A stretch of DNA of 64,000 nucleotides, from the NCBI GenBank assembly GCA_043764155.1, contig JAYUKW010000013.1:59683-123682 (forward strand), written 5' to 3'. The DNA comes from Bdellovibrionales bacterium. Its GTDB lineage: Bacteria > Bdellovibrionota > Bdellovibrionia > Bdellovibrionales > UBA1609. Each line of letters begins with the position of its first letter. Position 1 is the first letter of the stretch. Below are positions 9,774 through 21,794 of this stretch, piece after piece. Position numbers and translations under genes: made by a program. The notes below the pieces were generated by a model that was not told the DNA's origin, searched no databases, and was given only the letters and a program-made list of their open reading frames with translations.

Positions 9774-10962
9774 CTTGGTGATCAGCTGATTCTTGCAAGA
9801 ACGGATCGTTCATCGGCACCAAAGAGTTTTGGGATAAAAATCTTGTGACAATTAAACCAAAGCCGCCTGCGAATCCAGCAAAAATTCCGATCTCCCAGAA
9901 GGACATTAAATATTCGTGGTCGTTGAAGTTAGGGTAAATTAACCAATGCAGATCCACGTACTGTGTGATCAAAATTAAAACACAAATCACGGTTAAGAAA
10001 TTATAATCACGTTTAGTCCATCTTGGCAGTAAAGCTAAGAAAGGAACAACAAATTTTAAGATCATCAACATCACAGATGCTAAAGCCCAAGCCCCTTCCA
10101 TGCGGTGTTTAAAAAATATAGTCTCTTCAGGCATGTTGGCGTACCAAATTAACATAAATTGTGAAAACGCAATATAGGCCCAAAATACTGTGAACCCCAA
10201 CATGAATTTTGATAAATCATGGATGTGATTTTCATTCACTAATCCATTATAAAATCCAGCTTTAGATAAATATATCGCCATTAGAATCACAAGGGCAAAA
10301 AAGGCCTGTGAAGTGCCGCCAAATAAATAGACCCCGAAGATTGTACTGAACCAATGGGGATCTAAGCTCATGATCACATCCACTGTGAATAGCGAATAAC
10401 TTAAAGCAAAAAACACAATATAAGCCACGCATTTTGGAACAATGGAGTTGACAATATTTTTGTCGCCGTTTTTATCTTGCAACAGTGAGCTTCCAACGAT
10501 TAATTTTTGAAATAAAATCCATGCTCCAAAAAATAAAGCAATACGAACTCCGAAAAAAGTAGGATTTAAGTACGACTGTTTATGTTGAAGTAGAGCGTCT
10601 TGTAAGACGTAATCTGGATTCAACCATGTATACAAAGTCTTTCCACCAAAAAGTGCCATTAATGCGGTTAAGACTCCTGCCGCAGGTAAAAAAGCTGTGA
10701 AACTTTCAAAAAGTCTACGAACTAAAACAGACCATCCGGCTTTTGTTAAAAACTGAATTGAAACATAAAATAAGGCTACAAGAGCTAGTGATGTAAAATA
10801 AAAAAGTCCTGCGAGATACGCATGCCAAGTTCTTTGAGCGTCAGTCATTAGGCCTATAACAAAAACTAAGACTCCAATAAAAATCATAGCTGATAAAATT
10901 GATTTTAATTTTAAGGAAGGCTCGAAAGGTTTAGGTGCGGTGACTTTTACGTGATGATGCAT
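9763..10962 (-). CDS. actF: Alternative complex III membrane subunit ActF
   Basis: Multi-TM, AGWS..VRR, DVIMSLDPHWFSTIFG, FSQFMLIWYANMPEE, operon position. Confidence 0.9.
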   Translation of the reverse strand: MHHHVKVTAPKPFEPSLKLKSILSAMIFIGVLVFVIGLMTDAQRTWHAYLAGLFYFTSLALVALFYVSIQFLTKAGWSVLVRRLFESFTAFLPAAGVLTALMALFGGKTLYTWLNPDYVLQDALLQHKQSYLNPTFFGVRIALFFGAWILFQKLIVGSSLLQDKNGDKNIVNSIVPKCVAYIVFFALSYSLFTVDVIMSLDPHWFSTIFGVYLFGGTSQAFFALVILMAIYLSKAGFYNGLVNENHIHDLSKFMLGFTVFWAYIAFSQFMLIWYANMPEETIFFKHRMEGAWALASVMLMILKFVVPFLALLPRWTKRDYNFLTVICVLILITQYVDLHWLIYPNFNDHEYLMSFWEIGIFAGFAGGFGLIVTRFLSQNSLVPMNDPFLQESADHQVVY

Positions 10963-10967
10963 AAATA

Positions 10968-11576
10968 TTATTCTCCAACTTTAAGCGGCTTAGCCTGATT
11001 TTGTTTTTGAAGCTCGCGAACGTAATTTACAACGGCCCATCTTTCATTATCATCTGTGATTTGAGTTCCGTAATTGCCCATCAAACCCCAACCGTACGTG
11101 ATGACATAATAAATTCTAGCATCAGAATACTTTTGATATGTTTCAGATAAAAGACTTGGTGGTTTTTTAAGTAAAAGGTCACCCTTTTTCTGAACTAAAA
11201 TACCTAGCCCGTCCCCTTTAACACCGTGACAAACGGCACAGTTGATCGTGTATCGTTCTTGTCCTGAGTTTTCATATTTCAAAGACATTTCAGTCGTCAT
11301 TTCACCAGACTTTAGTGGATTTGAAAGTTTTTCTGCGTCCTCTAACTTCATGTCTTCAGGTGTATGCTGACCCCTACGAACGGTTCCTTCTGGTGGAACT
11401 CTGACTGTTTTGCCACCTGTTTCAGAACCTTCCTGAGATTTAATTTGGGGACCTGCCATCATGTCTTGAAGTAATTCAATGTTGGGTTGCGAAGATCTGT
11501 AGTCTTTCCCTCGCCCACAAGAACTCAAAACTAATAGAGAAGATAAAAGAGTCATCGCGATTTTAATTTCTTTCAT
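10968..11576 (-). CDS. actE: Alternative complex III monoheme cytochrome c lipoprotein ActE
   Basis: Lipobox LSSC, DM motif, CAVCHG, GWGLM, ERWAVV.YVR. Start placed at MKEIK. Confidence 0.88.
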   Translation of the reverse strand: MKEIKIAMTLLSSLLVLSSCGRGKDYRSSQPNIELLQDMMAGPQIKSQEGSETGGKTVRVPPEGTVRRGQHTPEDMKLEDAEKLSNPLKSGEMTTEMSLKYENSGQERYTINCAVCHGVKGDGLGILVQKKGDLLLKKPPSLLSETYQKYSDARIYYVITYGWGLMGNYGTQITDDNERWAVVNYVRELQKQNQAKPLKVGE

Positions 11577-11580
11577 AACT

Positions 11581-12102
11581 TTAATACTCCGAAACTTTAT
11601 GGACAGCGTCTGCACCAGATTGTTTAAACATGGATTCGATATCGATTGAGTTGTAGTTAGAATCTGTTTCGTAAATAATAAGACCAAATTTGTGACTAGT
11701 TAAATCAGGATCAATCACTGGTGGATCAATTTTAGGAAGACCACAGGCCGCAAACAGAGTGCCTACACTAGCAAGAGCAGCAAATAAAATTGTTAATTCG
11801 AATATGACAGGAACAAAGGCCGGCAAAGACCACATTGGTTTTCCGCCGACGTTAATAGGCCAACTGACAGCAGATGTCCACCAAGTAAACCAAAGACCAA
11901 AGAGACAGCCCGTCAACCCGGCAAAGAAAGTCACCCATGGTATCCAAGATCGTTCTATCCCACATGCGTCCTCCATTCCGTGAACAGGGTAAGGTGTAAT
12001 GGCATCAAAATTTTTGTAGCCAGCATTTTTTACTTTTTCAGCGACGTTTAAAATCGACTCTTCAGTCAACCAAACGCCCATCACTCCGCCTGTTTTAGCC
12101 AT
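11581..12102 (-). CDS. actD: Alternative complex III subunit ActD (DUF3341)
   Basis: [31 protein letters not shown]. Start placed at MAKTGG. Confidence 0.9.
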   Translation of the reverse strand: MAKTGGVMGVWLTEESILNVAEKVKNAGYKNFDAITPYPVHGMEDACGIERSWIPWVTFFAGLTGCLFGLWFTWWTSAVSWPINVGGKPMWSLPAFVPVIFELTILFAALASVGTLFAACGLPKIDPPVIDPDLTSHKFGLIIYETDSNYNSIDIESMFKQSGADAVHKVSEY

Positions 12103-13468
12103 GGTGAGAGCCTCCATTGTGGTGGTCATTCTTACCAAAATTTAACACAGGTTTAATCTCTGCTATTGCTATCGCAGGAATGGCCCTGATGTAAAGTAAG
12201 AATAGAGTAAAGAACATACCAAAGCTTCCGATTAGGACTCCAAAATCATAGAAAGTCATATCAAACATACCCCAGTTCGAAGGTAGGAAGTCGCGGTGTA
12301 AAGACGTGACCGTAATCACGTACCTTTCGAACCACATTCCAATATTTACAAATATAGAAACTACAAACATAACTGGGATACTTCGTCTGGCCCATTTCAT
12401 CCAAAAGATCTGAGGAATCATCACGTTACACGTGATCATCGTCCAATAGGCCCACCAGTAAGGACCAAAAGCTCTGTTCACGAAAGCGTAAACTTCATAT
12501 TTTGAACCGGAATACCAAGCAATAAAAAACTCGGTTCCATAGGCATAACCCACGATCATCCCCGTAGTCATAATCACTTTATTCATCAATTCCATGTGAT
12601 CTAAGGTGATGTACTTTTTAAATTCTGGAATCGCGATACGAACCAAAGTCATCAAGGTCACAACCATGGCAAACCCAGAAAAGATGGCCCCAGCGACGAA
12701 GTAAGGAGGGAAAATTGTAGTGTGCCAACCTGGAAGCTGAGACACCGCAAAGTCAAAAGAGACAATGCTGTGAACTGACAAAACAAGAGGTGTAGATAGA
12801 CCTGCTAAAAGTAAGTAAACAATTTCGTAGTGACTCCAATCTCTGGCACGTCCGCGCCAACCCAATGAAAAAGCCCCGTAAATGTGACGACGAAGACCTG
12901 TCGCACGATCACGAATAGTTGCAAGATCTGGAACCATCCCTACATACCAAAAAGTAATTGAAACAATCGCATAAGTCGAAATTGCAAAGACGTCCCAAAC
13001 AAGGGGCGATCTAAAGTTCACCCAAAGTGGTCCACGTTGGTTCGGGTAAGGAAATAGCCAAAAGGCAAGCCACGGTCGACCCGTGTGAATGATTGGAAAA
13101 ATACCCGCAGTCGCGACCGCAAACACAGTCATGGCCTCTGCGGATCTAGCAATAGATGTTCTCCATTTTTGTCTGAACAAATATAAAACCGCAGAGATTA
13201 ATGTTCCCGCGTGTCCAATACCAACCCAAAATACGAAGGTCACAATGTCTGTTCCCCATCCTACCGGATGGTTCACACCCATCAGACCCATACCTGTACC
13301 AACGATAATTCCGATCACAATGATGTAAAATAAAAAAACAGATGACGATGCTAAAATCATCGCCAGCCAGCCAAGACCCGGCGGTGTTTCAACTAAACGT
13401 GCGATATCATCAGTGACATCTTTTAAAGTTTTGTTCCCTTGAATAAGCGGCTTTCTAAAATTTTCCAT
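12095..13468 (-). CDS. actC: Alternative complex III NrfD-type quinol-oxidising subunit ActC
   Basis: [52 protein letters not shown]. Confidence 0.95.
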   Translation of the reverse strand: MENFRKPLIQGNKTLKDVTDDIARLVETPPGLGWLAMILASSSVFLFYIIVIGIIVGTGMGLMGVNHPVGWGTDIVTFVFWVGIGHAGTLISAVLYLFRQKWRTSIARSAEAMTVFAVATAGIFPIIHTGRPWLAFWLFPYPNQRGPLWVNFRSPLVWDVFAISTYAIVSITFWYVGMVPDLATIRDRATGLRRHIYGAFSLGWRGRARDWSHYEIVYLLLAGLSTPLVLSVHSIVSFDFAVSQLPGWHTTIFPPYFVAGAIFSGFAMVVTLMTLVRIAIPEFKKYITLDHMELMNKVIMTTGMIVGYAYGTEFFIAWYSGSKYEVYAFVNRAFGPYWWAYWTMITCNVMIPQIFWMKWARRSIPVMFVVSIFVNIGMWFERYVITVTSLHRDFLPSNWGMFDMTFYDFGVLIGSFGMFFTLFLLYIRAIPAIAIAEIKPVLNFGKNDHHNGGSHHG

Positions 13469-16400
13469 TAATGAGCCTCACCTTTTTGATGGCTGTGATC
13501 TTCATTATGAGTTTTTGACTCATCGGCTTTATGATCATGTCCATGTTCATCTGTTTTTAAAGCTTCACCAGGTTTGTGTCCTTCGTCTTTTGGTCCACCC
13601 GAGTTGTGATGATCGGCCCCAGGCTTGTGATCCCCACCATGAGATTTTAACTGATCGACATTTCTAACCTTAGTCATGTATTTAACTGCCGGCATAACTG
13701 CCAACTCTTCAAGTAAACCATAGGATCTTAAGCTTCTTTGCATTTTACTGACTTCACTGCTTGGATCATTTAAGTCACCAAAAACCAAAGCCTCTGCTGG
13801 ACATGTTTGCTGACAGGCAGTTTTGATTTCTTGATCTTTAAGTTTTCTGTCCCCAAGTTTAGCTTCCGTTTTTTTAGCTTTGACTCTTTGAACACAGAAA
13901 GTACATTTTTCCATGACCCCTCTGGATCTAACAGTCACTTCAGGATTAAGAACCATTTTAAGTGGGCTTTCAATTTTTGAATAATTAAACCAATTGAAAC
14001 GTCTAACTTTATACGGACAGTTGTTGGCACAGTATCTTGTTCCCACACAACGGTTATAAACCATGTCGTTCGTACCTTCGTCCGAGTGAACCGTCGCTAA
14101 TACAGGACACACTGTTTCACAAGGCGCATTATCACAGTGCATGCACATTAAAGGTTGAAAAACCACATCAGGGTTTTCTGGAGTTCCAGTGTAATATCTG
14201 TCAATTCTAATCCAGTGCATTTCTCTGCCGTTTAAAACGTGTCGCTTACCTACAACTGGAATATTATTTTCAGCTTGGCAGGCAATCATACACGCCCCGC
14301 AGCCATTACACTTACTTAAATCAACAGCCATGCCCCACTTGTGTCCTTTGTATTTGTGCTCGGACCATAATGAAAACACTTTATGTTTATGTTGACCTGA
14401 TTGTGGATTTTCTAAAATATCTTTAAATGTAGATTCAACGACAATTTGTCGTCCTTCCATGGAATGGTGACCTTGAACGTTGGCCAACTGCATGTGTTGG
14501 CCTGTCTTTTTCATTTTAGCACTCATGCCTGAAAAAACGATCTGCTCTTTTTCTAAAACAGCGAATTGAAACGCGTTAACTCCAACGCCGTCAGCGACTT
14601 TACCCGCACCTTTTCTTCCGTATCCTAGAGCTAAAGCTAAAACTTTATCATTTAAACCGGGCTGGATGTGAATTGGAATTTCGGCCTTAGCTGTTGATGT
14701 TTCAAGAACAACAATGTCCCCTTGCATCAAACTATTTTTTTGAGCTGTGTTTGGACTTAAACATAAATAATTATCCCAACAGATTTTAGTTATTGGGTCT
14801 GGAAACTCTTGAAGCCAAGACACATTAGATAATGTTCCGTCTTTCATTCCAATAGTGGTGTAAAGTACTAATTCAAAATCTAAAGCTTCATCAAATTTAA
14901 TATTAAGGGCATTTGATGAATATGACCTAGACCCCTTAACTGAATGATCTAATGTTCCGTGAACACCTTTTTGTAAAAAACCAGTCCAAGCTTTTTCAGT
15001 GCCACCAATTTTTGCTACAGTCGTCGATTTTAAAGTGTTAAACCAATTTTGTGTAGATCCCATCACTTTCAAAAGAACATCTTCAAACGCCTGAGTATCG
15101 TAAAGGGGCTGGATTGTCGGCTGGGATAAACTTAAAACACCTGCTGCAAATTCAATATCCATCCACTTTTCTAAAGGATGATGATCTGGAATAATATAGT
15201 TACTTCCCACTCCTGTTTCGTCCACACGGTCCCCTGTGTAAAAAACAGTATTCACTTTGGATAGGGCCTCTCTGAAACCAGAGGATTCTGGTAAAGTGTA
15301 AAGTGGATTTGAATTATGAATGATTAAAGTTTTAACTTTTCCATCGTTCATCAAGCCAATTAATTTTTGTAAAGCTTCAATTGATCCGCGTGCCGATGTG
15401 ATGCCAGCAGAGTATTTAACAATCTTACCGTCATTTCCAAGAAGACCATTTAAATATTGAATCACTTCAAAAACAGCCAACTGATTTTGTGATAACGAGC
15501 TTTCTGCTCCGCTAACCACAAGTGAACGACCCTTCGCTTTAATAAGCGCATCGGCCACTTTGTCTAATCTATCTTCTTTGAATGTTAATGTTTTTAAAGT
15601 TTCAGTGAACGATCCAAAAATTTCACGCCACGGGGTGGGGAAACTTGTATTTGTTTTTAAACACACCAGCTGAGTCAACTTCATGGCGATCGCCAGCTGT
15701 TCACTCGGCTTGATGGCAAATCTTTCGTCGGCATTTGTTCCTGTTAAGGACATCATGGATTCAAACTGAACTACATAATTCATTTTAGAATTTGGATCGC
15801 GGCGTTTGGCAAAAGCCCTTTGATAGGCCAGTGAATTCACAGAGGTCCCTAAATAGTCAGCATCAATACCTACAATCACATCTGCATTTTCTAAATCATA
15901 AGTAGGCAATACGGATTGGCCTGACACTTTGGCTTGGCTTTTCTTCATCGATGAATTGTCTAAAACATCAAATTCAAAATATTCACCTTGGGCCTGAGCC
16001 ACATACTTTTCAATGACCTGTCTTGATGTAGGCGATGGATTTGATGAAGACAAAACATAAACACCACCACTTTGTGATGCCGTCTTTAGCGCCGCAATCG
16101 CTTTGTCCCAAGTCGTTGAAATGGTGTCTTTGTTAGTTCTTTTTGCATTTACTAAATTCTGAACAGGACCTGGTAAACGATCGGGATCATACAAGCTTAA
16201 AACCTGAGCTTGCCCGCGAGCATTTAGGGCTTCACCTGATCCAGGATAAAATTCGTTACCTTCAATTTTAATTGGTCGTCCTTCACGAGTTCTAACAACA
16301 GTTCCAACAACATCGACTCCGTCGACAAAAGTTGAAGCGTAATAGTTTGGAAGACCTGGAATAATATCTTTAGGACGCTTAACGTAAGGAACAATTTTTT

Positions 16401-16683
16401 CGACAGGACGTCGAATACAACCAAAAGTTGAAAGTGCAAGACTCGCACCCATAAGCTGTAAAAACTCACGACGTGCCCAGCCCCCGGCAGGAGTTTTGTT
16501 ATCTTCAGCTAGAGGGGAAGCTAAAAATTCTTTTTGAACGAGCTCTTTAAAACCTTCGTCATCTCTCCACTGCTCTAAGCTAAGCCAATATTTAGGACTA
16601 CTCGTGTTGCTTGTATTTTGTTGAGCTTTACTTTGGATTTTGTTTTGGGTTTCTTTTTGCATCCCTGATCCTCTATTTAACAT
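13468..16683 (-). CDS. actB: Alternative complex III ActB (molybdopterin-oxidoreductase-like + Fe-S domain)
   Basis: YWLSLE..RREFL TAT-like signal, [44 protein letters not shown]. Confidence 0.95.
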   Translation of the reverse strand: MLNRGSGMQKETQNKIQSKAQQNTSNTSSPKYWLSLEQWRDDEGFKELVQKEFLASPLAEDNKTPAGGWARREFLQLMGASLALSTFGCIRRPVEKIVPYVKRPKDIIPGLPNYYASTFVDGVDVVGTVVRTREGRPIKIEGNEFYPGSGEALNARGQAQVLSLYDPDRLPGPVQNLVNAKRTNKDTISTTWDKAIAALKTASQSGGVYVLSSSNPSPTSRQVIEKYVAQAQGEYFEFDVLDNSSMKKSQAKVSGQSVLPTYDLENADVIVGIDADYLGTSVNSLAYQRAFAKRRDPNSKMNYVVQFESMMSLTGTNADERFAIKPSEQLAIAMKLTQLVCLKTNTSFPTPWREIFGSFTETLKTLTFKEDRLDKVADALIKAKGRSLVVSGAESSLSQNQLAVFEVIQYLNGLLGNDGKIVKYSAGITSARGSIEALQKLIGLMNDGKVKTLIIHNSNPLYTLPESSGFREALSKVNTVFYTGDRVDETGVGSNYIIPDHHPLEKWMDIEFAAGVLSLSQPTIQPLYDTQAFEDVLLKVMGSTQNWFNTLKSTTVAKIGGTEKAWTGFLQKGVHGTLDHSVKGSRSYSSNALNIKFDEALDFELVLYTTIGMKDGTLSNVSWLQEFPDPITKICWDNYLCLSPNTAQKNSLMQGDIVVLETSTAKAEIPIHIQPGLNDKVLALALGYGRKGAGKVADGVGVNAFQFAVLEKEQIVFSGMSAKMKKTGQHMQLANVQGHHSMEGRQIVVESTFKDILENPQSGQHKHKVFSLWSEHKYKGHKWGMAVDLSKCNGCGACMIACQAENNIPVVGKRHVLNGREMHWIRIDRYYTGTPENPDVVFQPLMCMHCDNAPCETVCPVLATVHSDEGTNDMVYNRCVGTRYCANNCPYKVRRFNWFNYSKIESPLKMVLNPEVTVRSRGVMEKCTFCVQRVKAKKTEAKLGDRKLKDQEIKTACQQTCPAEALVFGDLNDPSSEVSKMQRSLRSYGLLEELAVMPAVKYMTKVRNVDQLKSHGGDHKPGADHHNSGGPKDEGHKPGEALKTDEHGHDHKADESKTHNEDHSHQKGEAH

Positions 16684-16725
16684 ATTTGCTTGGGCCTAAG
16701 TTTATTTTTAGCGTTAATGACGTAA

Positions 16726-17499
16726 TTAATAGTGACACGTTGAACAGTTGATAATTGACGGCGTCCATTTTTCATCTTTCGAAGAACTTGAAGATTCAGT
16801 GTAATCTGTCATTCCTCCAGACTGTCCGCCGTGTGTACTAATATTAGAATTTTTACTTGAAGGATTTAGAATATCCAAACTCGAATTCGTCGACGCATCT
16901 AAAGCAGGCTCTTTCAAATAAGAACCATGAGACGACTCCATTGTTTCTCTGTGACAGTTAATACACCAACCCATAGATAAATCTGAATACTGGTACACTT
17001 TTTCCATATTTTGAACAGGCCCGTGACACGTCTGACAGTCTTTGCCAGCTTTAATGTGATTCGCGTGAGGAAATTTAACATGATCTGGGAGCATGTGAAT
17101 TTTAACCCAAGAGATTGAATCCCCAGAATTATAAGCTTCCTTTAACTGGTCTAAATATTTACTTTGTTTGTTTAAGTTGATGTGACAATTCATACACACA
17201 TTCAAACTTGGGATCGCGGAGTGACGGGACACTTCAGCCGATGCGTGACAGTACTTGCAATCCAATTCCAATTCACCTGAGTGAAATTTATGAGAAAAGG
17301 GAAGGGGTTGATCGGGCTGGTACCCTTTATTGTAACCAATACTTAATTTATTATTTACTAAAAGATGAAAGAAAAACCACACTCCAAAAAGTATGGATAG
17401 ACCCACAACAGCACCGATGAGCTTTTTGATCATAAGCAGAGACCCTAACGTTGTTCGATTTAAAAGTTTAGTTATGAGATAAGATATAATTGAATCCAT
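16726..17499 (-). CDS. actA: Alternative complex III pentaheme cytochrome c ActA
   Basis: Five CxxCH motifs (CKYCH, CMNCH, CQTCH, CINCH, CSTCH), QPLPFSHK, N-terminal TM. Confidence 0.93.
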   Translation of the reverse strand: MDSIISYLITKLLNRTTLGSLLMIKKLIGAVVGLSILFGVWFFFHLLVNNKLSIGYNKGYQPDQPLPFSHKFHSGELELDCKYCHASAEVSRHSAIPSLNVCMNCHINLNKQSKYLDQLKEAYNSGDSISWVKIHMLPDHVKFPHANHIKAGKDCQTCHGPVQNMEKVYQYSDLSMGWCINCHRETMESSHGSYLKEPALDASTNSSLDILNPSSKNSNISTHGGQSGGMTDYTESSSSSKDEKWTPSIINCSTCHY

Positions 17500-17826
17500 A
17501 GAATTATCAAATGGTTTTCAATTTTAGTCTGCATAAATTTGGCGCAACTAGACACGCTTAATTATAAACTCTTTGAGCCTTAAATTATAAATTATGAGAA
17601 TCAATCACAAAAAAAAATCTGAAATTTATATTTTACATTTGCAATTAAATTAATCAAATTTGATCTTCACCTAAATATATGAGTTGAAGATAAGTAAAGG
17701 ATAAGTTGAGTACAAATCTCAGTCCAAGAATCAGTCAAAAGCCGAATTTTGTCACCTGTTTTAGCCCTATAAGCCTTCATTTCGAATCTGAACTTAATAG
17801 TTTTGGCTTTTAAATTGCGTTAGAAA

Positions 17827-18570
17827 TTGGCTATGAAACGAAAGGGTTTTACTTTCACCTTTATTATTTTACTTACGACTATTTTAGCCGTCGAGTTAGT
17901 TTATTTATATCAAGATTTAACAGCACCAAAATCTATCAGCCTTGATGATAAAATTGAAAAACCTGAACTGATAGAATTAAATAAACCTAATTCAAAGCAA
18001 GATTTTAAATATACGTCATCTAAATATAATACTAAATCAATTAAGCCAAAAACAACCAAGCAATCTATTACAAAACCTTTGCCTGAAGTTAAATTTTTAA
18101 AAGTCATGAAACTCAGCCAAGACGAATTTCAATTTTCTAAAGAAGATTATTTGTCTAAAACCAAAAAAACAAAATCAAATGATTCGGTTAATCCCTCATC
18201 TAGCTCTTCAACCCAACTTATTTCCAACTGGGAGAAAAAAATTCTAGAGCCAGAAAGTGTTGTTGAAAAATCACTAACTCAGGCCTCAAAGCACATTCAA
18301 GAGTATGAGTCTAAATTAAATACACAGTCTCATTTTAATACATCAAAAGAGATGGAACGATTTGCAATTAAAATTGAACTTCCAGATATGAATGACGGCG
18401 CAAAATTTAAACTTCAGTACAGGGAACCCCCTGATTTTGGACGATCAAACATCCCTGAGGCCGCTTTAGCTGCACCTCGAAATCCTGAGCCCACGGCGGC
18501 TTTTTCTATAGAAAAAACAAAAGCCTATGACTCGCCCTGGGATAACTTTTCTGGACCAAGAAATCCATAA
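17827..18570 (+). CDS. Membrane-anchored hypothetical protein
   Basis: N-terminal TM, Lys/Ser-rich body. Confidence 0.6.
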   Translation: MAMKRKGFTFTFIILLTTILAVELVYLYQDLTAPKSISLDDKIEKPELIELNKPNSKQDFKYTSSKYNTKSIKPKTTKQSITKPLPEVKFLKVMKLSQDEFQFSKEDYLSKTKKTKSNDSVNPSSSSSTQLISNWEKKILEPESVVEKSLTQASKHIQEYESKLNTQSHFNTSKEMERFAIKIELPDMNDGAKFKLQYREPPDFGRSNIPEAALAAPRNPEPTAAFSIEKTKAYDSPWDNFSGPRNP

Positions 18571-18575
18571 TTAAT

Positions 18576-20279
18576 CTATTTGATCTTTAATTTTCTTTCT
18601 TTAATTAAATACGCCATTCCAATAAATAACAAGTGAATGACAACAAAGCCCGTCACGTATTCAACCCCACCAGCACCGAAGCCGTAAGAATGAAGACCTG
18701 CTCCAAGAACATAATTAACCCCGTACCAGGCCATGATCACAAGTGAAAATGAAGCCACGGCAGTAGCCGACATTCCAAACTGCTTCACCCATCCCACAAG
18801 GCGAGCATGTAAAACAGCAATATAACCTAATAAGGCAATCAAAGCCCAAGTCTCTTTTGGATCCCAACCCCAAAATCGCCCCCAAGAGTAATCGGCCCAA
18901 ATTCCACCTAAAACAATTCCAATGCCCAAAAGTAAAATACCAATTTGAATCGCACGGTAAATAGAATCGTTAATTGTTCTAATTTGTTTGGCCCATTTTT
19001 TTGGATCTAAAATAAAATACACTAAGTTGATATCACCCAACACGAAAGCTAAGAAAAAAGCGGCGTAGCTAATCACGATGATTGTCACGTGGGTCGATAG
19101 CCAAAAATTACTTCTTAAAACTGCTTCTAAGGGCTGAATCGTCGGATCTAAAACGGCGGGGGCCATGTCTGCTAAAAGCAAACATAAAAATGCACCGAAG
19201 TTGGCACCCAATAAAGTAAACTTATTTTTTTTGAAGTACTCAATACCAATACCGAAGATAATCGCCCCTAGGGGCACCCACACCACGGTTTCATACATAT
19301 TCGTGACCGGAGCTCGGCCTGAAATAATGGATCTTAAAATAAAACCATAAATATGCATGCCAAGACCTAAAAAAGTAAAAGACCAGCACAAAGTTACAAA
19401 TTTAGTTTGCGAAAAAACCCAAAACAAAGTCATCGATAAAAAAGCTAAAAAATAGAATAGAGCAGCCCAAAAAAATGGTTTTAAAAATGAGTAATGAAGT
19501 TCTGTTTTAATAGTTTTAATATTAGCGTAAGAACTTGGATTTTCATTTTTAGCTAATTCTATGAAAGCTAAAACCTGTTGATTTAAATCGGTTTCATTTA
19601 ACTTGTTAGCTTCAGATTTTTTATTTTCAGAACTCATTTTATCTGAAATAACTTTAATCAAAGACTTCAAAACATCCGTGAATTTATCTTTCACTGGGCC
19701 TTCAAGCTGATTGACCGAAAGCCAAGTGCTTTCAGTTTTTGAGGGCACTAGTCTTAGCGCGTCCCCAGACTGTAAAAGCCGTACATAACCCAACTGAGAT
19801 TCAAGTTTTTGAACGGCTTGATCAAAAGGATTTAGCTTCTCTTTTCTTTCTACTTTAGTCGCCATCTGCTGCATCAAGGTTCCAAGAGATGTGGATTTAA
19901 AAAGATCTTGAACAGAAAAAAACTTATCTTCGGATTTAAAACCTAATGCTTTTTTAAGTTCTAAATGATCCAACCGAATCAGAGGAGTGGACTCCCATTG
20001 TTCTGGCGCCAGCATAAATGTCAAAATAACTTCAGAGGCTTCGCGTTTTACTTTTTTTGTTTTATCTTTACTATCAGGAAGCTTAATATTTTTGCTGCCA
20101 TGGATAAGATACAAGGTCTCGTGGGCAAAGCTAATGAAAGGTTTAACTCGGCCACGATCTTGAATCGGAATTTGATCTAGCGGACTTGAAGCCAAAGCAA
20201 AATTTGAAAACATATAAAGAATTGCAAGATAAAAACTGCTCATTTTAAACAGCCCAATTTCTTTCGTGTCGTTTTTCAT
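18576..20279 (-). CDS. ccsA: Cytochrome c biogenesis protein CcsA/ResC (system II)
   Basis: RAPVTNMYE, NFWLSTHV, WWD domain WADYSWGRFWGWDPKETW, GLHSYG. Confidence 0.93.
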   Translation of the reverse strand: MKNDTKEIGLFKMSSFYLAILYMFSNFALASSPLDQIPIQDRGRVKPFISFAHETLYLIHGSKNIKLPDSKDKTKKVKREASEVILTFMLAPEQWESTPLIRLDHLELKKALGFKSEDKFFSVQDLFKSTSLGTLMQQMATKVERKEKLNPFDQAVQKLESQLGYVRLLQSGDALRLVPSKTESTWLSVNQLEGPVKDKFTDVLKSLIKVISDKMSSENKKSEANKLNETDLNQQVLAFIELAKNENPSSYANIKTIKTELHYSFLKPFFWAALFYFLAFLSMTLFWVFSQTKFVTLCWSFTFLGLGMHIYGFILRSIISGRAPVTNMYETVVWVPLGAIIFGIGIEYFKKNKFTLLGANFGAFLCLLLADMAPAVLDPTIQPLEAVLRSNFWLSTHVTIIVISYAAFFLAFVLGDINLVYFILDPKKWAKQIRTINDSIYRAIQIGILLLGIGIVLGGIWADYSWGRFWGWDPKETWALIALLGYIAVLHARLVGWVKQFGMSATAVASFSLVIMAWYGVNYVLGAGLHSYGFGAGGVEYVTGFVVIHLLFIGMAYLIKERKLKIK

Positions 20280-21700
20280 AAATCTGTAGTTCCTGTGTCT
20301 GTAAATCTTTTTTTATATTTTTCTCTGTAAATATCTTTAAAGTAAAAAAGCATAAATATTCCTAAAAAAATCAATAATGAACCTAAATACTTTAAAAAAC
20401 GCCCTGGATCTTTATTCACCGAAAAAATTGAATGGGTAGGATTCCCGGCCTCATCTTCTTGGAAACTCGATTGGTAAAAAGTAAGTCCTGCTTTTTTCAT
20501 AGGCTCGTTCATTGATATAATAACAGGGTCTTTTTGTCCTTCAACTTTAACTTTACTTTCGTAGGTCATAGCTCTTTGTGTGCCCTGATACTTTCCGACC
20601 TTAAAATCAACCACTTGCATATCAAAACCAATGTCATAACGAATGGACCCATAAGACACAACGTTGACCCTATCCGATTCAAAAATTTTTAATGGGCGAT
20701 TGTGACCTACATCATAAATCTTGCCTTTGTAATTTACTTTTAAAGCCGTGGTCGTTTGGGCCGACGGAAGATCTTTGGCTACAAATGTGATTTTCTCTTC
20801 CGCTTGAGGATAAAAATTTAAAACTCTGACTTTAAAATCCATCCATCCCGTAGTGATCACATCACCGCGCGTCCAAACCCCTTGAATGTGAGGATTATCT
20901 TGTCCTTTTTTAAAGACTTCATATTTAAGTTCATTATTTATAACCTTAAAAACCAATTCATTTCCATCGACTCTTTTGTAGTCTGCACCAGCTAGAGTGA
21001 ACGAAGCAGGTCCCATTTGAAAATTGTCAAAAAGTTTAGACTTGTCTTTAAATAACCAAGATGACTGATTCGCACGACTACCTTCAATCAGGAACTGTAT
21101 AGCGGGGCTTTCAGTTATGTCTTGAGATTCTACTAATTTTTGATCTGGTAAACCAAAATTTATATAATCTACAACTTTTAAATCCCCGTCTTTAAGTTTC
21201 ACTTTTACCGGATTTGATTTTAAATCACGATTAAAAAAATCAATTTTTTCTTGGAATATTGTTCTGTACTTCTGGCCATCAAGTGATGTGTAAACAACGA
21301 ATTCATCTTCTTGAATCTGAACAAATCTATTACTGCCACCAATTTCAAATACCATGCTGCCGTCAAGACCGGAAATAAAGGTGACAACAGATCCTGCTAA
21401 TAAAAATAGAATTCCGATATGAGCTAAAATAAATGAAAGATGATGTTTCTTCCACGGAAGACGATCGATCATCACAGCCGTGATATTAATGGCTAAAGCC
21501 GCCATTATCATCCACATCCAAAGTGAATGATAAACCAACTTTTGAGCGTAGACCCTATCATACATGGACTCATAAATAGTGCCGACGGCAGATACAATAC
21601 CTAAAGAAATAATAACTATTACAGCGAGTTTAAGAGAGGCCATAAAATCAAAAGACTTTTCGATAAATTTTAAAAATTTATTATTTTCTAAATCTTTCAT
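20276..21700 (-). CDS. resB: Cytochrome c biogenesis protein ResB/CcsB-like
   Basis: ASLKLA..GT N-terminal TMs, AHIG, ISMNEP..FYQSS, DPG..KYLG. Overlaps ccsA. Confidence 0.85.
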   Translation of the reverse strand: MKDLENNKFLKFIEKSFDFMASLKLAVIVIISLGIVSAVGTIYESMYDRVYAQKLVYHSLWMWMIMAALAINITAVMIDRLPWKKHHLSFILAHIGILFLLAGSVVTFISGLDGSMVFEIGGSNRFVQIQEDEFVVYTSLDGQKYRTIFQEKIDFFNRDLKSNPVKVKLKDGDLKVVDYINFGLPDQKLVESQDITESPAIQFLIEGSRANQSSWLFKDKSKLFDNFQMGPASFTLAGADYKRVDGNELVFKVINNELKYEVFKKGQDNPHIQGVWTRGDVITTGWMDFKVRVLNFYPQAEEKITFVAKDLPSAQTTTALKVNYKGKIYDVGHNRPLKIFESDRVNVVSYGSIRYDIGFDMQVVDFKVGKYQGTQRAMTYESKVKVEGQKDPVIISMNEPMKKAGLTFYQSSFQEDEAGNPTHSIFSVNKDPGRFLKYLGSLLIFLGIFMLFYFKDIYREKYKKRFTDTGTTDL

Positions 21701-21794
21701 TTAATAAATTATCCCACGTCTCTAATTTTTTGTAAATCTAACTTAATTCTTTCTTAAATGACTTATGATTATCACTTTCGATTCACATATCTTG

